Both the position numbers and the translations under genes were made by a program. The notes below the pieces were generated by a model that was given only the letters and a program-made list of their open reading frames with translations, searched no databases and was not told the origin of the DNA. From Macrostomum hystrix (taxonomy: Eukaryota; Animalia; Platyhelminthes), in the NCBI GenBank assembly GCA_950097015.1, contig CATNEN010000025.1:1240001-1304000 (forward strand): a stretch of DNA of 64,000 nucleotides. Direction: 5' to 3'. Shown here piece by piece: positions 36,801-54,284 of the stretch (positions within the stretch are counted from its first letter, which is position 1; each line of letters begins with the position of its first letter).

Positions 36801-37261
36801 ATGTCTGTTCTATGGTAGAGTGGGATGCCTGTTCTAGGGTAGAGTGGGATGCCTGTTCAAGGGTAGAGTGGGATGCCTGTTCTAGGGTAGAGTGGGATGT
36901 CTGTTCTATGGTAGACTGGGATGCCTGTTCTAGGGTAGAATGGGATGCCTGTTCTTGGGTAGAGTCGGATGCCTGTTCTGGGGTTGAGTGGGATGCCTGT
37001 TCTAGGGTAGAGTGGGATGCCTGTTCTAGGGTAGAGTCGGATGCCTGTTCTAGGGTAGACTGGGATGCCTGTTCTAGGGTAGAGTGGGATGCCTGTTCTA
37101 GGGTAGAGTGGGTTGCCTGTTCTAGGGTAGAGTGTGATGCCTGTTCTAGGGTAGATGGTGCATACACTGACCCGTCAATGCCATTTAGATGGAGCAGGAT
37201 CCGCAAGCACTGGATGCATCTGAAGTACGAGGCAATGAGCCAACGCGAAAATCAGAAGTAG
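24611..37261 (+). CDS. CCDC154: Long coiled-coil protein, CCDC154-like; join(24611-24838,25072-25640,26420-26735,26901-27086,27647-27805,27929-28069,29238-29255,30303-30422,30538-30708,36088-36368,37189-37261), about 753 aa
   Basis: GT-AG junctions with matching phases; 2262 nt; E/R/Q/L/A heptad-rich. EASNRSLADEIVRLQ, KSVLNSKLQAE and the C-terminal NKWSLHGAVKWSRIR recall CCDC154 from memory. The gene structure is more certain than the name; the start ATG is uncertain. Confidence 0.7.
25072..25640 (+). CDS. Coiled-coil gene exon 2
   Basis: Acceptor cctctag|TCG; donor AG|GTGAGA, phase 2. Confidence 0.85.
25695..25820. repeat. 13-14-bp tandem repeat
   Basis: gacgtccagatgtaa. Confidence 0.85.
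26420..26735 (+). CDS. Coiled-coil gene exon 3
   Basis: Acceptor ccacag|G; donor CAG|GTTGGT. Confidence 0.85.
26901..27086 (+). CDS. Coiled-coil gene exon 4
   Basis: Acceptor acttcag|GAG; donor CAG|GTGTGT; 186 nt. Confidence 0.85.
27200..27595. repeat. 17-bp intronic minisatellite
   Basis: gatcccagattccctct. Confidence 0.95.
27647..27805 (+). CDS. Coiled-coil gene exon 5
   Basis: Acceptor ttggcag|AGT; donor TTG|GTGAGA; SRALAEEVSARQAK; 159 nt. Confidence 0.8.
27929..28069 (+). CDS. Coiled-coil gene exon 6
   Basis: Acceptor ctaatcactgcag|GGC; donor GCT|GTGAGT; 141 nt. Confidence 0.85.
28165..29160. repeat. 57-bp intronic minisatellite, about 17 copies
   Basis: gcctaagcggagtgaggttggtgctggcttgaaaaggctggggctggtttgtgccga. 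Confidence 0.96.
29238..29255 (+). CDS. Candidate 18-nt microexon (ANLEEE)
   Basis: tttttattccag|GCAAATCTCGAAGAAGAG|gtattt; phase 0/0; acidic helix-compatible peptide. Confidence 0.55.
29718..30278 (+). repeat. 24-bp minisatellite, array A
   Basis: ctctaccctagaacaggcatccca. Confidence 0.96.
30303..30422 (+). CDS. Coiled-coil gene exon 8
   Basis: Acceptor cccacag|GCT; donor GAG|GTGAGA; 120 nt. Confidence 0.82.
30538..30708 (+). CDS. Coiled-coil gene exon 9
   Basis: Strong pyrimidine tract ttttctgcag|TCC; donor GAG|GTTGGT; 171 nt. Confidence 0.82.
30780..36052. repeat. 5.3-kb intronic satellite of 22/24-bp units
   Basis: catgagacagagag(ag)attataat. Confidence 0.98.
36088..36368 (+). CDS. 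Coiled-coil gene exon 10
   Basis: Acceptor ttctgcgcag|TGC; donor AA|GTGAGT, phase 2. Confidence 0.85.
36404..37155 (-). repeat. 24-bp minisatellite, array B (reverse complement of array A)
   Basis: tgggatgcctgttctagggtagag. Confidence 0.96.
37189..37261 (+). CDS. Coiled-coil gene terminal exon (WSRIRKHWMHLKYEAMSQRENQK*)
   Basis: Acceptor ccatttag|A matches the phase 2 donor; TAG at 37259-37261. Confidence 0.72.
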
Positions 37262-39301
37262 CAGCGATTGCCGGAATGAGTGTTCCAGTACAGCACTCTA
37301 AAGTCATGGAATCGTCTAGCTTACTTCTCGCCGTAACTCAAAACTATCTCAAATTTTAAATAATTTTTTATCAGTTAAATGTCGCGGCAGTGAAAGTTTG
37401 TGGTATCTTGCAAGCACTATACTCATAATTTTAGCTTGTAATTATTAATTTTGAGTCACGTGCTTATCTCAACTGTGGTTCGGAAATAGTGCTTTTTGCG
37501 CCCTTTTATAACTTTTACTGGTGCAGTGTACCTTCACTCTAGTCTTGAGACATTTGTGCTACTATTGATTTCTGTAAATTGCGTATGTAATTGTTTATTT
37601 ATGGTTTATTCGGATAATCTCCTTGCTTTTTCTTGTCGTTTTTGAGATCCTAGTTATCTGATAATGAATTCTGCGATATTGGCACTGAAATATTTTTCTT
37701 TTTTTATCCACATTTAAGCAAATATACATGTGCAACATTCTTAACAACAGTCTCTATGGAATCTAGTTAATATACTGGTCAGGAGTTCGATTCTAAACCC
37801 AAGAAAAACGCAAGAGAATTGTGTCAAGACACTCGATTCCCGTTTCTTCAGTTCCCAGCCTCTAAAGATGTTAATTTCTTTTTGTTTGCGGCGTTCACCA
37901 GTCCACGGACTGGACAGCGGTACACAGCCTTTGGAAGCAAAAACATTGTTCTCGCTATCTGGCTATAGTTGTCTCCTGCCTCCACTCGCAAACGCTCCTT
38001 GACCATAGAACTCTCAGTTAATTAGCTCCGCCACGGCATTTCCGTGGGCCGCCCTTTTCCCACTCATAATATTTTATAAACATTCTCGTTATTAACGCTA
38101 CGCTGGTCTCTTAAAAAAGGAAAGCTAAAATGTCTTATTTTAATTGAAAGCGAAATAATTGTGTACCATTGTGACCCTTCTAAAATAAGTTTTTTTTAAA
38201 TAAGACGGTTTAAAGCAGTTAAGTAAGCACCTAATTAACTACAGAATCTCAAGTACAGTAAATATGCTAAAAAACTTCAATTGATTCTTTACGCAAACAA
38301 TTGATTTAAAAAAGGCATCAGGTAGCGCTACTCTAAGTAGTACGAGCTAAATAGTGCAATCAATATTCAAATAGAAAGCACATTCAGAATTAAAAAACGG
38401 TGCAGCTAAAGCATCTTGGGATGTATAGTTTAGCAAAGAATAAAAAATCACATCCCCAAGCTAAAATTTGCGTTTGACAATTCAATTGTCGGATTCATCC
38501 AGGCTATGGGCTGTAGCCGATGAGCGATGAGTTGAAGAGCAAAGTAAGGAAAGGGAGATACAGTCCTCTTGATGTGCTCGGATCATTGGAAATACAATGT
38601 ACAGTTTTTGAATACTGACTGGCGGCATTGCTTTTTGAACAGATGGCGCATTTTGCTCCCTTGTACTATGGAGAAATACTATATGAGGAGCTAAATCTGG
38701 AGATAGAGAATCAATGGGCTAGAAGCCCTTGCCATTGTATTGCGGGCATTTGACTGGGAGGAAGGCCCCGACTTGATCGAGTGGCAATTCTCTTTTTGTA
38801 TTTAACAGGAAGCGAAACGGCCTCATCGAAAGCAGACCTGTCAAGTGTTGAAGAGACGGGAGACAGGATTCCCCCCAACCCAACTGACGATAGAGTATAG
38901 AGATTAGGCACTGCAGTGTTGAGGCGCGCACGTACTGGAGATGCGGAAAAAACCTCAGCTAAAAAAACCGAAGGTGTCACAATTGCAATGCAATAATGCA
39001 ATAAACCCCAGAGATGGAACGCTGCAGTCTTGCATCAAATCTTTTTCCTATAACTTCAGTCTCTAAAACCTGACACTGAAAGTTTTTAATCCAAGAATTA
39101 AGTTGCTTTTCGACGACTGATAAAAACGATACTGGCTCATGTTTTTAAACCTCTGAGCAGCGATGCCTACAGGCTTTTGCGTGCTTTTGTTAGTCCTGCT
39201 TGTTAGAATCTGCTTTTAACAGTAGAAAAACTAATATTTTTCCCCTGGAGTATTTTAAATACACACTGCCTACTTCACAATAGCTCCCAAGCCAAATAAT
39301 T

Positions 39302-39458
39302 GATTTTCGTGAAATTCCCTCAGGTAAATCAAAATTTTCCGCCCTTTACGATGAACTGACTTCCGAAGACGTCCGACGTCAGCATCGGCGAGATGTTCTA
39401 AGATTCTTCCGATGTTTTTGTGACTCTAGAAGTTGTTTCATCGAAGCGGAAAATTTGA
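39302..39458. repeat. Dispersed repeat, second copy at 55138-55525
   Basis: gattttcgtgaaa..ttttccgccctttacgatgaa..ccgatgtttttgt..gaagttgtttcatcgaa..gcggaaaatttga shared. Confidence 0.7.
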
Positions 39459-39639
39459 AAATTGGAAAAGTATTTGAAATACGGCAGTGGACTTTCTACT
39501 GTAAAAGTACTTAGACACAGCCTTTTGTTATGAACCAGCTCACAACCAGTTAGCCAGATAGACGGGCTATTACCACCAGCCAATCAGGCGTTAGCACGAG
39601 CATATCCTCTGATTGGGTTGCGCGAGCCACAAACTGGAG

Positions 39640-39831
39640 AGCTTCAGTAGGGTAAACGGCAGGAGTAACTATGCATGATTTAAACGCCTCGTCATCTAAT
39701 TAGCATATTCCTTTAGTACCTGGACTCCAGCTTCAGTAGGGTAAACGGCAGGAGTAAATATGCATGATTTAAACGCCTCGTCATCTAATTAGCATATTCC
39801 TTTAGTACCTAGACTCCAGCTTCAGTAGGGT
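39640..39831. repeat. 89-bp tandem duplication (about 2.1 copies)
   Basis: agcttcagtagggt at 39640, 39729 and 39818. Confidence 0.92.
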
Positions 39832-40265
39832 GGAAAAGACGCGAGACTTTCACGAGACACAGGGCGAATTCTTGCAGGCTGAAGAATTTTTCCGTTTCAG
39901 AGAAGTGATCATATTTTTAATCCTCTGCCCTCGGGGTTTAAAAGGCTTGTTGAAGGCTAGAGATTTCTTAACCTGATCTGGAAGCCTGTGAGCTTCCTAA
40001 AACTGAGAGCCAGCTAAAAAAGCACCAATTAGGGATGTATTGAAGAGGATTCAAGGGAAGCCAGTGACGAATTTAGTTGCTAGCTATAATACTGCAGCTA
40101 ATGGAATGCCCTGGCGAGATGAACAAATCGCAAAATCCATTATGTTCCGCGCCGATATTTTTAGATGCCGTGATATTTAAATGGACACTAAAATGTGTCC
40201 TTGTTCTGTCGACTGAGGAAAAGAAATGCCCTTTATTTCCTTGCGCTCATTCCTTCAAATTAGTT

Positions 40266-40550
40266 CATTTGGCGGCAGTAGAACCGCAGCTAGAGAGGAG
40301 GCAATCCTGCCCATTTCGCTGACTCCTGAGCACACACTCACACAGGTGTGTACATCTGCCTCGACTTTCTCATCGTCTGTAGATTACACTCTCACTGTGC
40401 CTTGGAGATTGGCCTTAAAGGGCGTAAATTGAACGAAACGCCCTCAAAGCCTTCTCTCTCTGCGGTTGCGTTCCAAATGAATGTGGCCTCGCCGCGGAAT
40501 CGAGCTCAGGGACCTTGGTGCGAGAGGCAAACGCGTTAACCGCTCTGCCA
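40266..40550 (-). mobile_element. tRNA-derived SINE, tail type A
   Basis: A-box TGGCAGAGCGG, B-box-like GCTCGATTCC; colinear with 52540-52885. Confidence 0.8.
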
Positions 40551-41137
40551 ATAAAGCTCAGTGAGAGTGTACACCAGCCTGACGACTGGAAATAGTACAC
40601 ACGTGTGTACGTGTCTATAAAATAATAAAAAGACACAGGATGCAGTTTTCACAAATTTCACAGAAACTCTTGTCAGTCGTCTCTCGCACTGAGCCCTAAA
40701 GTGTTTACAAAATATTGATTGACAGGTGCTTCAGTCTGGCTAAACATGCCGTTTGACCAAAAAATGTTTTTCGTTAGCATAAAAAATGTGTCGCCAATGC
40801 TGTTGCATCACTAGGGAAATTTGAAAATTTAAATGAAAGCACTCGATTGTTTGGTGCATTGATTGCTTCTCACTAGATTATTTTCCGTTTCCATCATAGA
40901 AATGTTTTCCCATTGTTGCTGCTACGAAAACATCTCCTCTTAAAGCTCAAAATGGTGGGAGTTTTCTGTCTGGGTTTAACAAGCAAACAAAAGGCTTTTA
41001 AAGGATTTTTAATAAATAAAAATAAAGCGAAAGAAATGAGTTTCCACAAATGTTCACAACCCCGATTTTTGTGATTGGAACAAAAAACTAACCACAATAT
41101 AAACTCACAGTGCCCTCAGTTCTACATTAAACAGTTA

Positions 41138-41785
41138 AACAGAGAGACGGAGAGAGAAACGGAGAGACAGAGAGAGAGAGAGAAACAGAGAGACAGAGAG
41201 AGAAACGAAGAGATAGAGAGAGAGAAACGGAGAGACAGAGAGAGAGAGAAACGGAGAGACAGAGAGAGAGAAACGGAGAGACAGAGAGAGAAACGGAGAG
41301 ACAGAGAGAGAGAGAGAAACGGAGAGACAGAGAGACAGAAACGGAGAGACAGAGAGAGAAACGGAGAGACAGAGAGAGAGAGAGAAACGGAGAGACAGAG
41401 AGACAGAAACGGAGAGACAGAGAGAGAAACGGAGAGACAGAGAGAGAGAGAGAAACGGAGAGACAGAGAGAGAGAGAGAAACGGAGAGACAGAGAGAGAA
41501 ACAGAGAGACAGAGAGACAGAAACGGAGAGACAGAGAGAGAAACGGAGAGACAGAGAGAGAGAGAGAAACAGAGAGACAGAGAGAGAAACGAAGAGATAG
41601 AGAGAGAGAAACGGAGAGACAGAGAGAGAGAAACGGAGAGACAGAGAGAGAGAAACGGAGAGACAGAGAGAGAGAAACGGAGAGACAGAGAGAGAGAAAC
41701 GGAGAGACAGAGAGAGAGAGAGAAACGGAGAGACAGAGAGAGAAACGGAGAGACACAGAGAGAGAAACAGAGAGTGAGATAAAAG
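41138..41785. repeat. GA-rich compound microsatellite
   Basis: aaacggagagacagagagagag. Confidence 0.93.
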
Positions 41786-42326
41786 ACAGAGAGCCAAAAA
41801 CAGAAGCAGATACTGGTACAAAACAACTTTATGCCTCACACATTCTTGTTCGAATTAACGAATGCGACACTGAAATTTTGAAAACCTTAATATTGCAACT
41901 CTAAATTTTACAGCAGAAAGCGTCGTTAAAATTAATTATTTAAACAGCCACAATGCGATATTATAATATTTTGCATGCATGAAAGCTTCGAGTTTCGTTA
42001 ACCCTAAAAATGTTTAGTATCGGATTTTAAATCTGCTTAACTAGAGGCATACATTTCTAATATATTTTCTGCACGAAGTTGTATAGAATGCCACATCTAT
42101 CATTTTCGAGAATAAATAGTTAGATGAATGAGCGGCTTAAATCCATAATTTCCATCTCGAAAGCTAATTAAAAGGTGTGCATTGTAGGCAGGTGAATTGC
42201 AAGCAAATTTTCATGGCATTTAAGATCGCGAAATTTCGTCTTATCTAGAACAGCCCATTAGATACGGTAGACAGTAGACTGTAGACAGTAGACAGTACTT
42301 TACAGTACAGTTCCAGTGAAGCTAGT

Positions 42327-48476
<6,150 letters not shown>

Positions 48477-48564
48477 CTGATAGGAATCGGAGAACATTGT
48501 GGCGTGACGTGAGAATGAGAAACGAGAAATGACAAATGACAAACAACAAACGAGAAATTAAAAA

Positions 48565-49035
48565 ATCTGAAATCTGAAATCTGAAATCTGAAATCTAAAA
48601 TCTGAAATCTGAAATCTGAAATCTGAAATCTGAAATCTGAAATCTGAAATCTGAAATCTAAAATCTAAAATCTGAAATCTGAAATCTGAGATCTGAAATC
48701 TGAAATCTGAAATCTGAAATCTGAAATCTGAAATCTGAAATCTGAAATCTGAAATCTAAAATCTGAAATCTGAAATCTGAAATCTGAGATCTGAAATCTG
48801 AAATCTGAAATCTAAAATCTGAAATCTGAAATCTGAAATCTAAAATCTGAAATCTGAAATCTGAAATCTAAAATCTGAAATCTGAAATCTGAAATCTGAA
48901 ATCTGAAATCTAAAATCTGAAATCTGAGATCTGAAATCTGAAATCTGAAATCTAAAATCTGAAATCTGAAATCTGAAATCTGAAACACCTGAAATCTGAA
49001 ATCTGAAATCTGAAATCTGAAATCTGAAATCTGAC
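48565..49035. repeat. 7-bp (TCTGAAA)n array
   Basis: Reads (TTTCAGA)n on the GPCR sense strand. Confidence 0.97.
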
Positions 49036-49929
49036 ATTAGAAATGAGAATGACGACATGAGAACTGAAATATGATAATTATAACATGATTCTGAGGTCTA
49101 GTAGATCTAGTAGATTAGTTTTACGAGTCGTATTAAAAGATTCAGATAGCATGTGAGAGGTTTGTCCAGTCCAGTCCGCTAGATTGTCGTTGAAGATGCG
49201 CCTTGTTAAGTACCAGCTGACGGGCCTAAAAGTACTCGGTCCAAAAATTAACAAAATAGTGCATCATGTCCAATAACTACTCTGAAGGATCATTTCCTTT
49301 TTTATCCCAAAATTCGTTCTCTTTTGAACGGAGCTCTTATTAATTCCCCTATTTATCTCTGAGCTCGTCCCGTTCCACATTCATGACCAAATATTGTTTT
49401 AATGCAGGCATTCTACTTTACTAATAATATGACGAGTCGCTTTAGCTTGCAATCGAATCTATAGTTACTCATGCTATATACCCGGAAACAATGCATTGAA
49501 ACATTTTCCATTTATTATTTATAGAAACGGCTGTTCCAAATCTTAAAGGCTAAAAAAATATTTCTTTCTCTAATTCTTGACTTTTCCCATTGTGCCGAGG
49601 CGTTGCAAAATGTCAAAATAGGAGGAGAGTACACGAGTATAGTCATGACAGTAACACTTAACTGTCAGTCACCGCTGTTAGCCAAACATACTGGTATGCA
49701 ATAATATTAGGAAAATTATTATTCGACTAAAAAGGCACTCCGAGCGTGAGAAATTGGCACCCTCTGTCAGAAACTGAAGTACTCTGATCAGACACTACTG
49801 TCAGGCTTGGCTTGAGTTTAGTTTCAACTGTAGAGTCCAACTATCCACTTCACTCTTATCTTTACTCTAGAAACTCAATATTAACTTTTTTAATCCTCTT
49901 CCATCCAATCTCATCCCCTCTTATAATTT

Positions 49930-50640
49930 CTCATAGGCTCCTATCCTCTCTCATCTCTCATCCCCTCTCATACCCTCTCAGCCCCTCTCATCCTCTCTCA
50001 TCCCCTCTCATCCCCTCTCATCCTCTCTCATCCCCTCTCATACTCTCTCATCCCCCCTCATGCCCTCTCATCCCCTCTTATCCCCTCTCATCCCCTCCGA
50101 TAATCTCTCATGCCCTCTCATCCCCTCTCATCCCCTCTCATCCCCTCTCATCCCCTCTGATAATCTCTCATCCCTTCTCATCCCCCTCATCCCCTCTCAT
50201 CCCCTCTCATCCTCTCTCATCCCCTCTCATCCCCTCTCATACCCTCTCATCCCATCTCATCCCATCTCATCCCCTCTCATCCCCTCTCATCCTCTCTCAT
50301 CCCCTCTCATCCCCTCTCATACCCTCTCATCCCATCTCATCCCATCTCATCCCCTCTCATCCCATCTCATCCCATCTCATCCCCTCTCATCCCCTCTCAT
50401 CCTCTCTCATCCCCTCTCATCCCCTCTCATACCCTCTCATCCCATCTCATCCCATCTCATCCCCTCTCATCCCCTCTCATCCCCTCTCATCACCTCTCAT
50501 CCTTTCTCAAATCTCATCCCATCTCATCCCATCTCATCCCCTCTCATACCCTCTCATCCCATCTCATCCCATCTCATCCCCTCTCATCCCCTCTCATCCC
50601 CTCTCATCACCTCTCATCCTTTCTCAAATCTCATCCTTTC
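49930..50640. repeat. 10-bp CT-rich array
   Basis: tcccctctca / tcccatctca. Confidence 0.93.
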
Positions 50641-51159
50641 TCGTCCCCTCCACTCCTCTAATCTTCCTACATAATGCCTCTATGTCTGTTCCTACAAACC
50701 AGCCCCTTCTTATTAAAGTTAGTCCCTTTTGAAAGCCATTCTTGTCATCTGCAAAGGGATAATTTTGACTCTGAGCCAGGTGGGGCGCTCTGTTCATACG
50801 ATCTGAAGGGAAGTCGGCAATTTTGTCTGTAGTACGAGCTAGTTCGTATATTTAATTCTAATTGGTCATGGAATTGCTGGCCTGACCACAAAGCATCTTT
50901 AGGGGCCCTTCCATAAATAACTATTTGTCTAGCAGCGTCTAATTATGCTAGCCGGGGCTGAATTCTTGTCACCTGGATATCACATCACCAGCTAATTCGC
51001 TGACTCTGCGCCTATTTAGAGTGCGTTGGAGCAGCATTATTAGGCTATTTTTACTGATACTGCATCTAGCCGTAAATAACGTCTAGCCGTAAATAATGAA
51101 TAAGTTATTAAGTAAGTAATTTTCTCATAGCGAAGCCAAAATGAAGATTAGGGTACTGG

Positions 51160-51370
51160 TATTGAAGTCAAGGCTATTGAAGGCGAGGCTGTTGAAGGCG
51201 AGGCTGTTGAAGGTGAGGCTGTTGAAGGCGAGGCTATTGAAGGCGAGGCTATTGAAGGCGAGGCTATTGAAGGCGAGGCTGTTGAAGGCGAGGCTATTGA
51301 AGGCGAGGCTGTTGAAGGCGAGGCTATTGAAGGCGAGGCTATTAAAGGCGAGGCTGTTGAAGGCGAGGCA
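51160..51370. repeat. Second array of the 15-bp gaggctattgaaggc family
   Basis: Same unit and orientation as 46205-47872. Confidence 0.95.
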
Positions 51371-51849
51371 GCGAAAGATGAAATATATTGTGGATAAGGG
51401 CAAAATAAACAGTTTCTGATCAGTTTAACACACACTTAGTTGCAACTTGCTATTGAGGTTTCTGCCAGTGCAATATTTAATTGTTTAGATCAAGCATGTT
51501 TTTTTCAGTGCCATTCTATTGTTGAATTCTGTCATGGCTACCGATCGACCATTGTTTTCATAGTCAAACAAAATTCTGTGGTTACAAGCAAACAGTATGT
51601 CAACCTGGATCTCGTGTTAACAGTTTTTTGCTTTTGAAAAGTGTACTTTCTAAATTGTCACCGACAAAAAATTAGGCAGGTCTTACACAGTTCTCTGGGC
51701 ATTGTGTTTGCGAAAAATAAACAATGGGTGACTGTTATGCACTTTTTTTCTACGAATGGAGTTATCCAACTGGTGCGTGTGCGAATCTGAACCTGAACTT
51801 AACTCTAGAAACTCATGCCTCAATATCAACCTTTTTAATCCTCTTTTTT

Positions 51850-52075
51850 GTGATGGCTTATCAGTTGAATTAGGGAGTCAGGTGTGATGGCTTATAAGTT
51901 GAATTAGGGAGTCAGGTGTGATGGCTTATCAGTTGAATTATTTGGGAGTCAGGTGTGATGGCTTATCAGTTGAATTAGGGAGTCAGGTGTGATGGCTTAT
52001 CAGTTGAATTATGGAGTCAGGTGTGATTGCTTATCAGTTGAATTAGGGAGTCAGGCGTGATTGCTTATCAGCTGA
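51850..52075. repeat. 34-bp tandem repeat, about 6 copies
   Basis: gtgtgatggcttatcagttgaattagggagtcag. Confidence 0.92.
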
Positions 52076-52539
52076 ATAAGAAAGTCATGGATCCAATTTA
52101 TCGGCAGGTTTGGTCAGGATTGCTTTTCAAACAAGCGACAAACGGCAGATTCGCTGACAAAAGTACCTTTATGACAAAAGGACTGAGGACAACTCTCAAA
52201 GCCTAAAGTCTATTAAATGTTTTTTTCATTCTCGATATGGCTTTGTTTTATTAGTTTAAATTTTAGCGATTTAAAAAACAATTAAGAAATTGTCCTTAGG
52301 GTGGTTCTTGTTCGGCAAGAGAAATTTATCAAAAATCAAAGAAGCATTTTATAATCATATGACAGAAAATGAAATCGATCGCGATGGAAGGACAATGGGG
52401 AGGCTGTGGATGGCTATTCTAAGAAACACGCACATCCGTTCTCACGCAAGCAGTGTTCATGATTTCTCTTGTCACACAGAATTTTCCATTTCTCGTAGTT
52501 TGAAATTGGAAACTTTTAAGAAAAAAATCATTTTCAGGG

Positions 52540-52885
52540 GGTCGGTGGCAGAGCGGTTATCGCGTTTGCCTCTCGCACCACGGTCCCTAAGTTCGATTCC
52601 ACGGCGAGGCCACATTTTTTGGGGCGCAGCCGCGGAGAGAAGGCTTTGGGGCTTGTCGTGTAATTTACGCCCTTGAGGGCCAACCTCCTGGGCACAGTGA
52701 AGTGTACACTGCCTGACGATGAGAAAGTCAGGGCGGATGTACACACGTGTGTGAGCGTATGCCTGCGTACAGTATCTGCGTGCGTGTGTGCTCAGGAGTC
52801 AGCGAAATGGGCAGAATTGCCTCCTCGCTGGCTGCGGGTCTAGTGTCACCAAAATGATGTGCCATTGCCCGCAGTCCTCCTGCAT
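52540..52885 (+). mobile_element. Full-length tRNA-derived SINE, tail type A, with (ATT)n end
   Basis: A-box GTGGCAGAGCGG, B-box GTTCGATTCC, three further copies in the window, simple-repeat tail. Confidence 0.82.
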
Positions 52886-53098
52886 TTATTATTATTAATA
52901 TGATTATCATTATATTATTATCATTATTATTCTAAATCATTTTCACTTTATAACAGGAAAAAAGCTAAACTCATGAAAGGTTATTATTATATATATTATT
53001 ATTATATTATTATTAATATGATTATCATTATATTATTATCATTATTATTCTAAATCATTTTCACTTTATAACAGGAAAAAAGCTAAACTCATGAAAGA
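52885..53098. repeat. About 118-bp AT-rich tandem duplication at the SINE tail
   Basis: tctaaatcattttcactttataacaggaaaaaagctaaactcatgaaag at 52931 and 53049. Confidence 0.9.
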
Positions 53099-53739
53099 TT
53101 TCAACTACGCCATATCTCTAAATGATACAGCAATGCAACAGATGCAAACTAAAAACCAAAACCAAATTAAGCCTTACCAGCTGGACATTGCGGCGCAGAT
53201 GAGAAATTTTCCCAAGCAATAATTCCCAAGGCGGTGGGAAGTTGGCCAGTCCACAGGTCCCGGACGCTTCGACTACCAGCCGGTGTGAGCCGTGGCGAGA
53301 CAAATAGGGGATTCCGCGTGGTCGGGGTGAGAGGGGCGAGGATCTGCTCGACCAATGAAAGCCGACCTCCCTTCCTAAAACCTCCGAGAAAGTCCAAAAT
53401 GCCTCAGCAAATAGCTATCGGAGATTGCCTGTGAAGGCTTTGGTCAGCGCCTCAGTGCTCATTCTAGTGCTGGGCGGTGAACCAGTGCATTTGAGAACTT
53501 TGGGTGGCAGAAAAAACATAGTATTAGGCAAATTGCAGATAGTAGGAGCATTGACTACCAGTTGATTGCATCGTGTTTGCTATTTAATAATAGTATAATG
53601 ACTTACACCTGCCCCAATAGCGCCAGATGTGCAGCCGATAGAACAGACGCAGCTATTGCGCGCCGAATCTGAAGGCTGCGTACGGCTGTTCAGTCCATGG
53701 ACTGGGGGGACACCACACTCACCCTCAATTGCCCCATCT

Positions 53740-53882
53740 AAAATTGGCACGTATTAAATAGCTGGGTGAACTGAAGCGATGCATAGTTAAGTATCTTGCT
53801 ATTGGTCACAAATTGTTCCAGTCGAATCAAACCACCGACCATCTATCTAGTCGTGAGTCCGACGCCTCAACTACTAGGCTGG
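53740..53882 (-). mobile_element. tRNA-head SINE with CORE-like domain
   Basis: Reverse strand: tRNA-like head then AGCAAGATACTTAAC..CTTCAGTTCACCCAGCT, resembling the CORE consensus from memory. Confidence 0.45.
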
Positions 53883-54284
53883 CACCAAGCTGCAACCGAT
53901 TCTGTTCGCAAGCTAGGGAAGTAATTCAAGTAGAGATCCTAAGTGTCTCTTCGTGGTTTAAGAAACGATAGAAATGACACCTAGCCTAGCTGGCCTGATG
54001 TACAGTCACTGGCACAGTCGCTTCCATAGTCTGTGACTGTGGAAGCACAGCAGGACAGCCAGCACAGTCATAGCCAGCCCGCCGCCCGGTAGCCCCTGGG
54101 GTCTCGCCTTTCGGCTCCTGCGGAGGACCAACCACCGCCACACGCTGCAGCACACTCGAGGTTACCACCGCTGTTGTCAGCCTTACGTCCTCAGCCCGTG
54201 GGCAGGGGCATCGACCCGGATCTCGGCGGCAACTGACTGTGGATTGGTTTTCGGCGCCCGCTCGGTGCCTCTGCAGGCTTTTGG

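Noticed and set aside
36428-37188. (DACSRVEW)n and (STLEQASH)n ORFs
   Set aside because: Translations of array B; only 37189-37261 is retained, as the terminal exon.
38490-39001. Possible LINE remnant (96-aa ORF, downstream CxxC)
   Set aside because: No convincing RT or CCHC motif spacing; contains stops; cannot be assigned by eye.
52540-52615. tRNA gene
   Set aside because: A and B boxes are present but there is no full cloverleaf; it continues into a SINE body with multiple copies.
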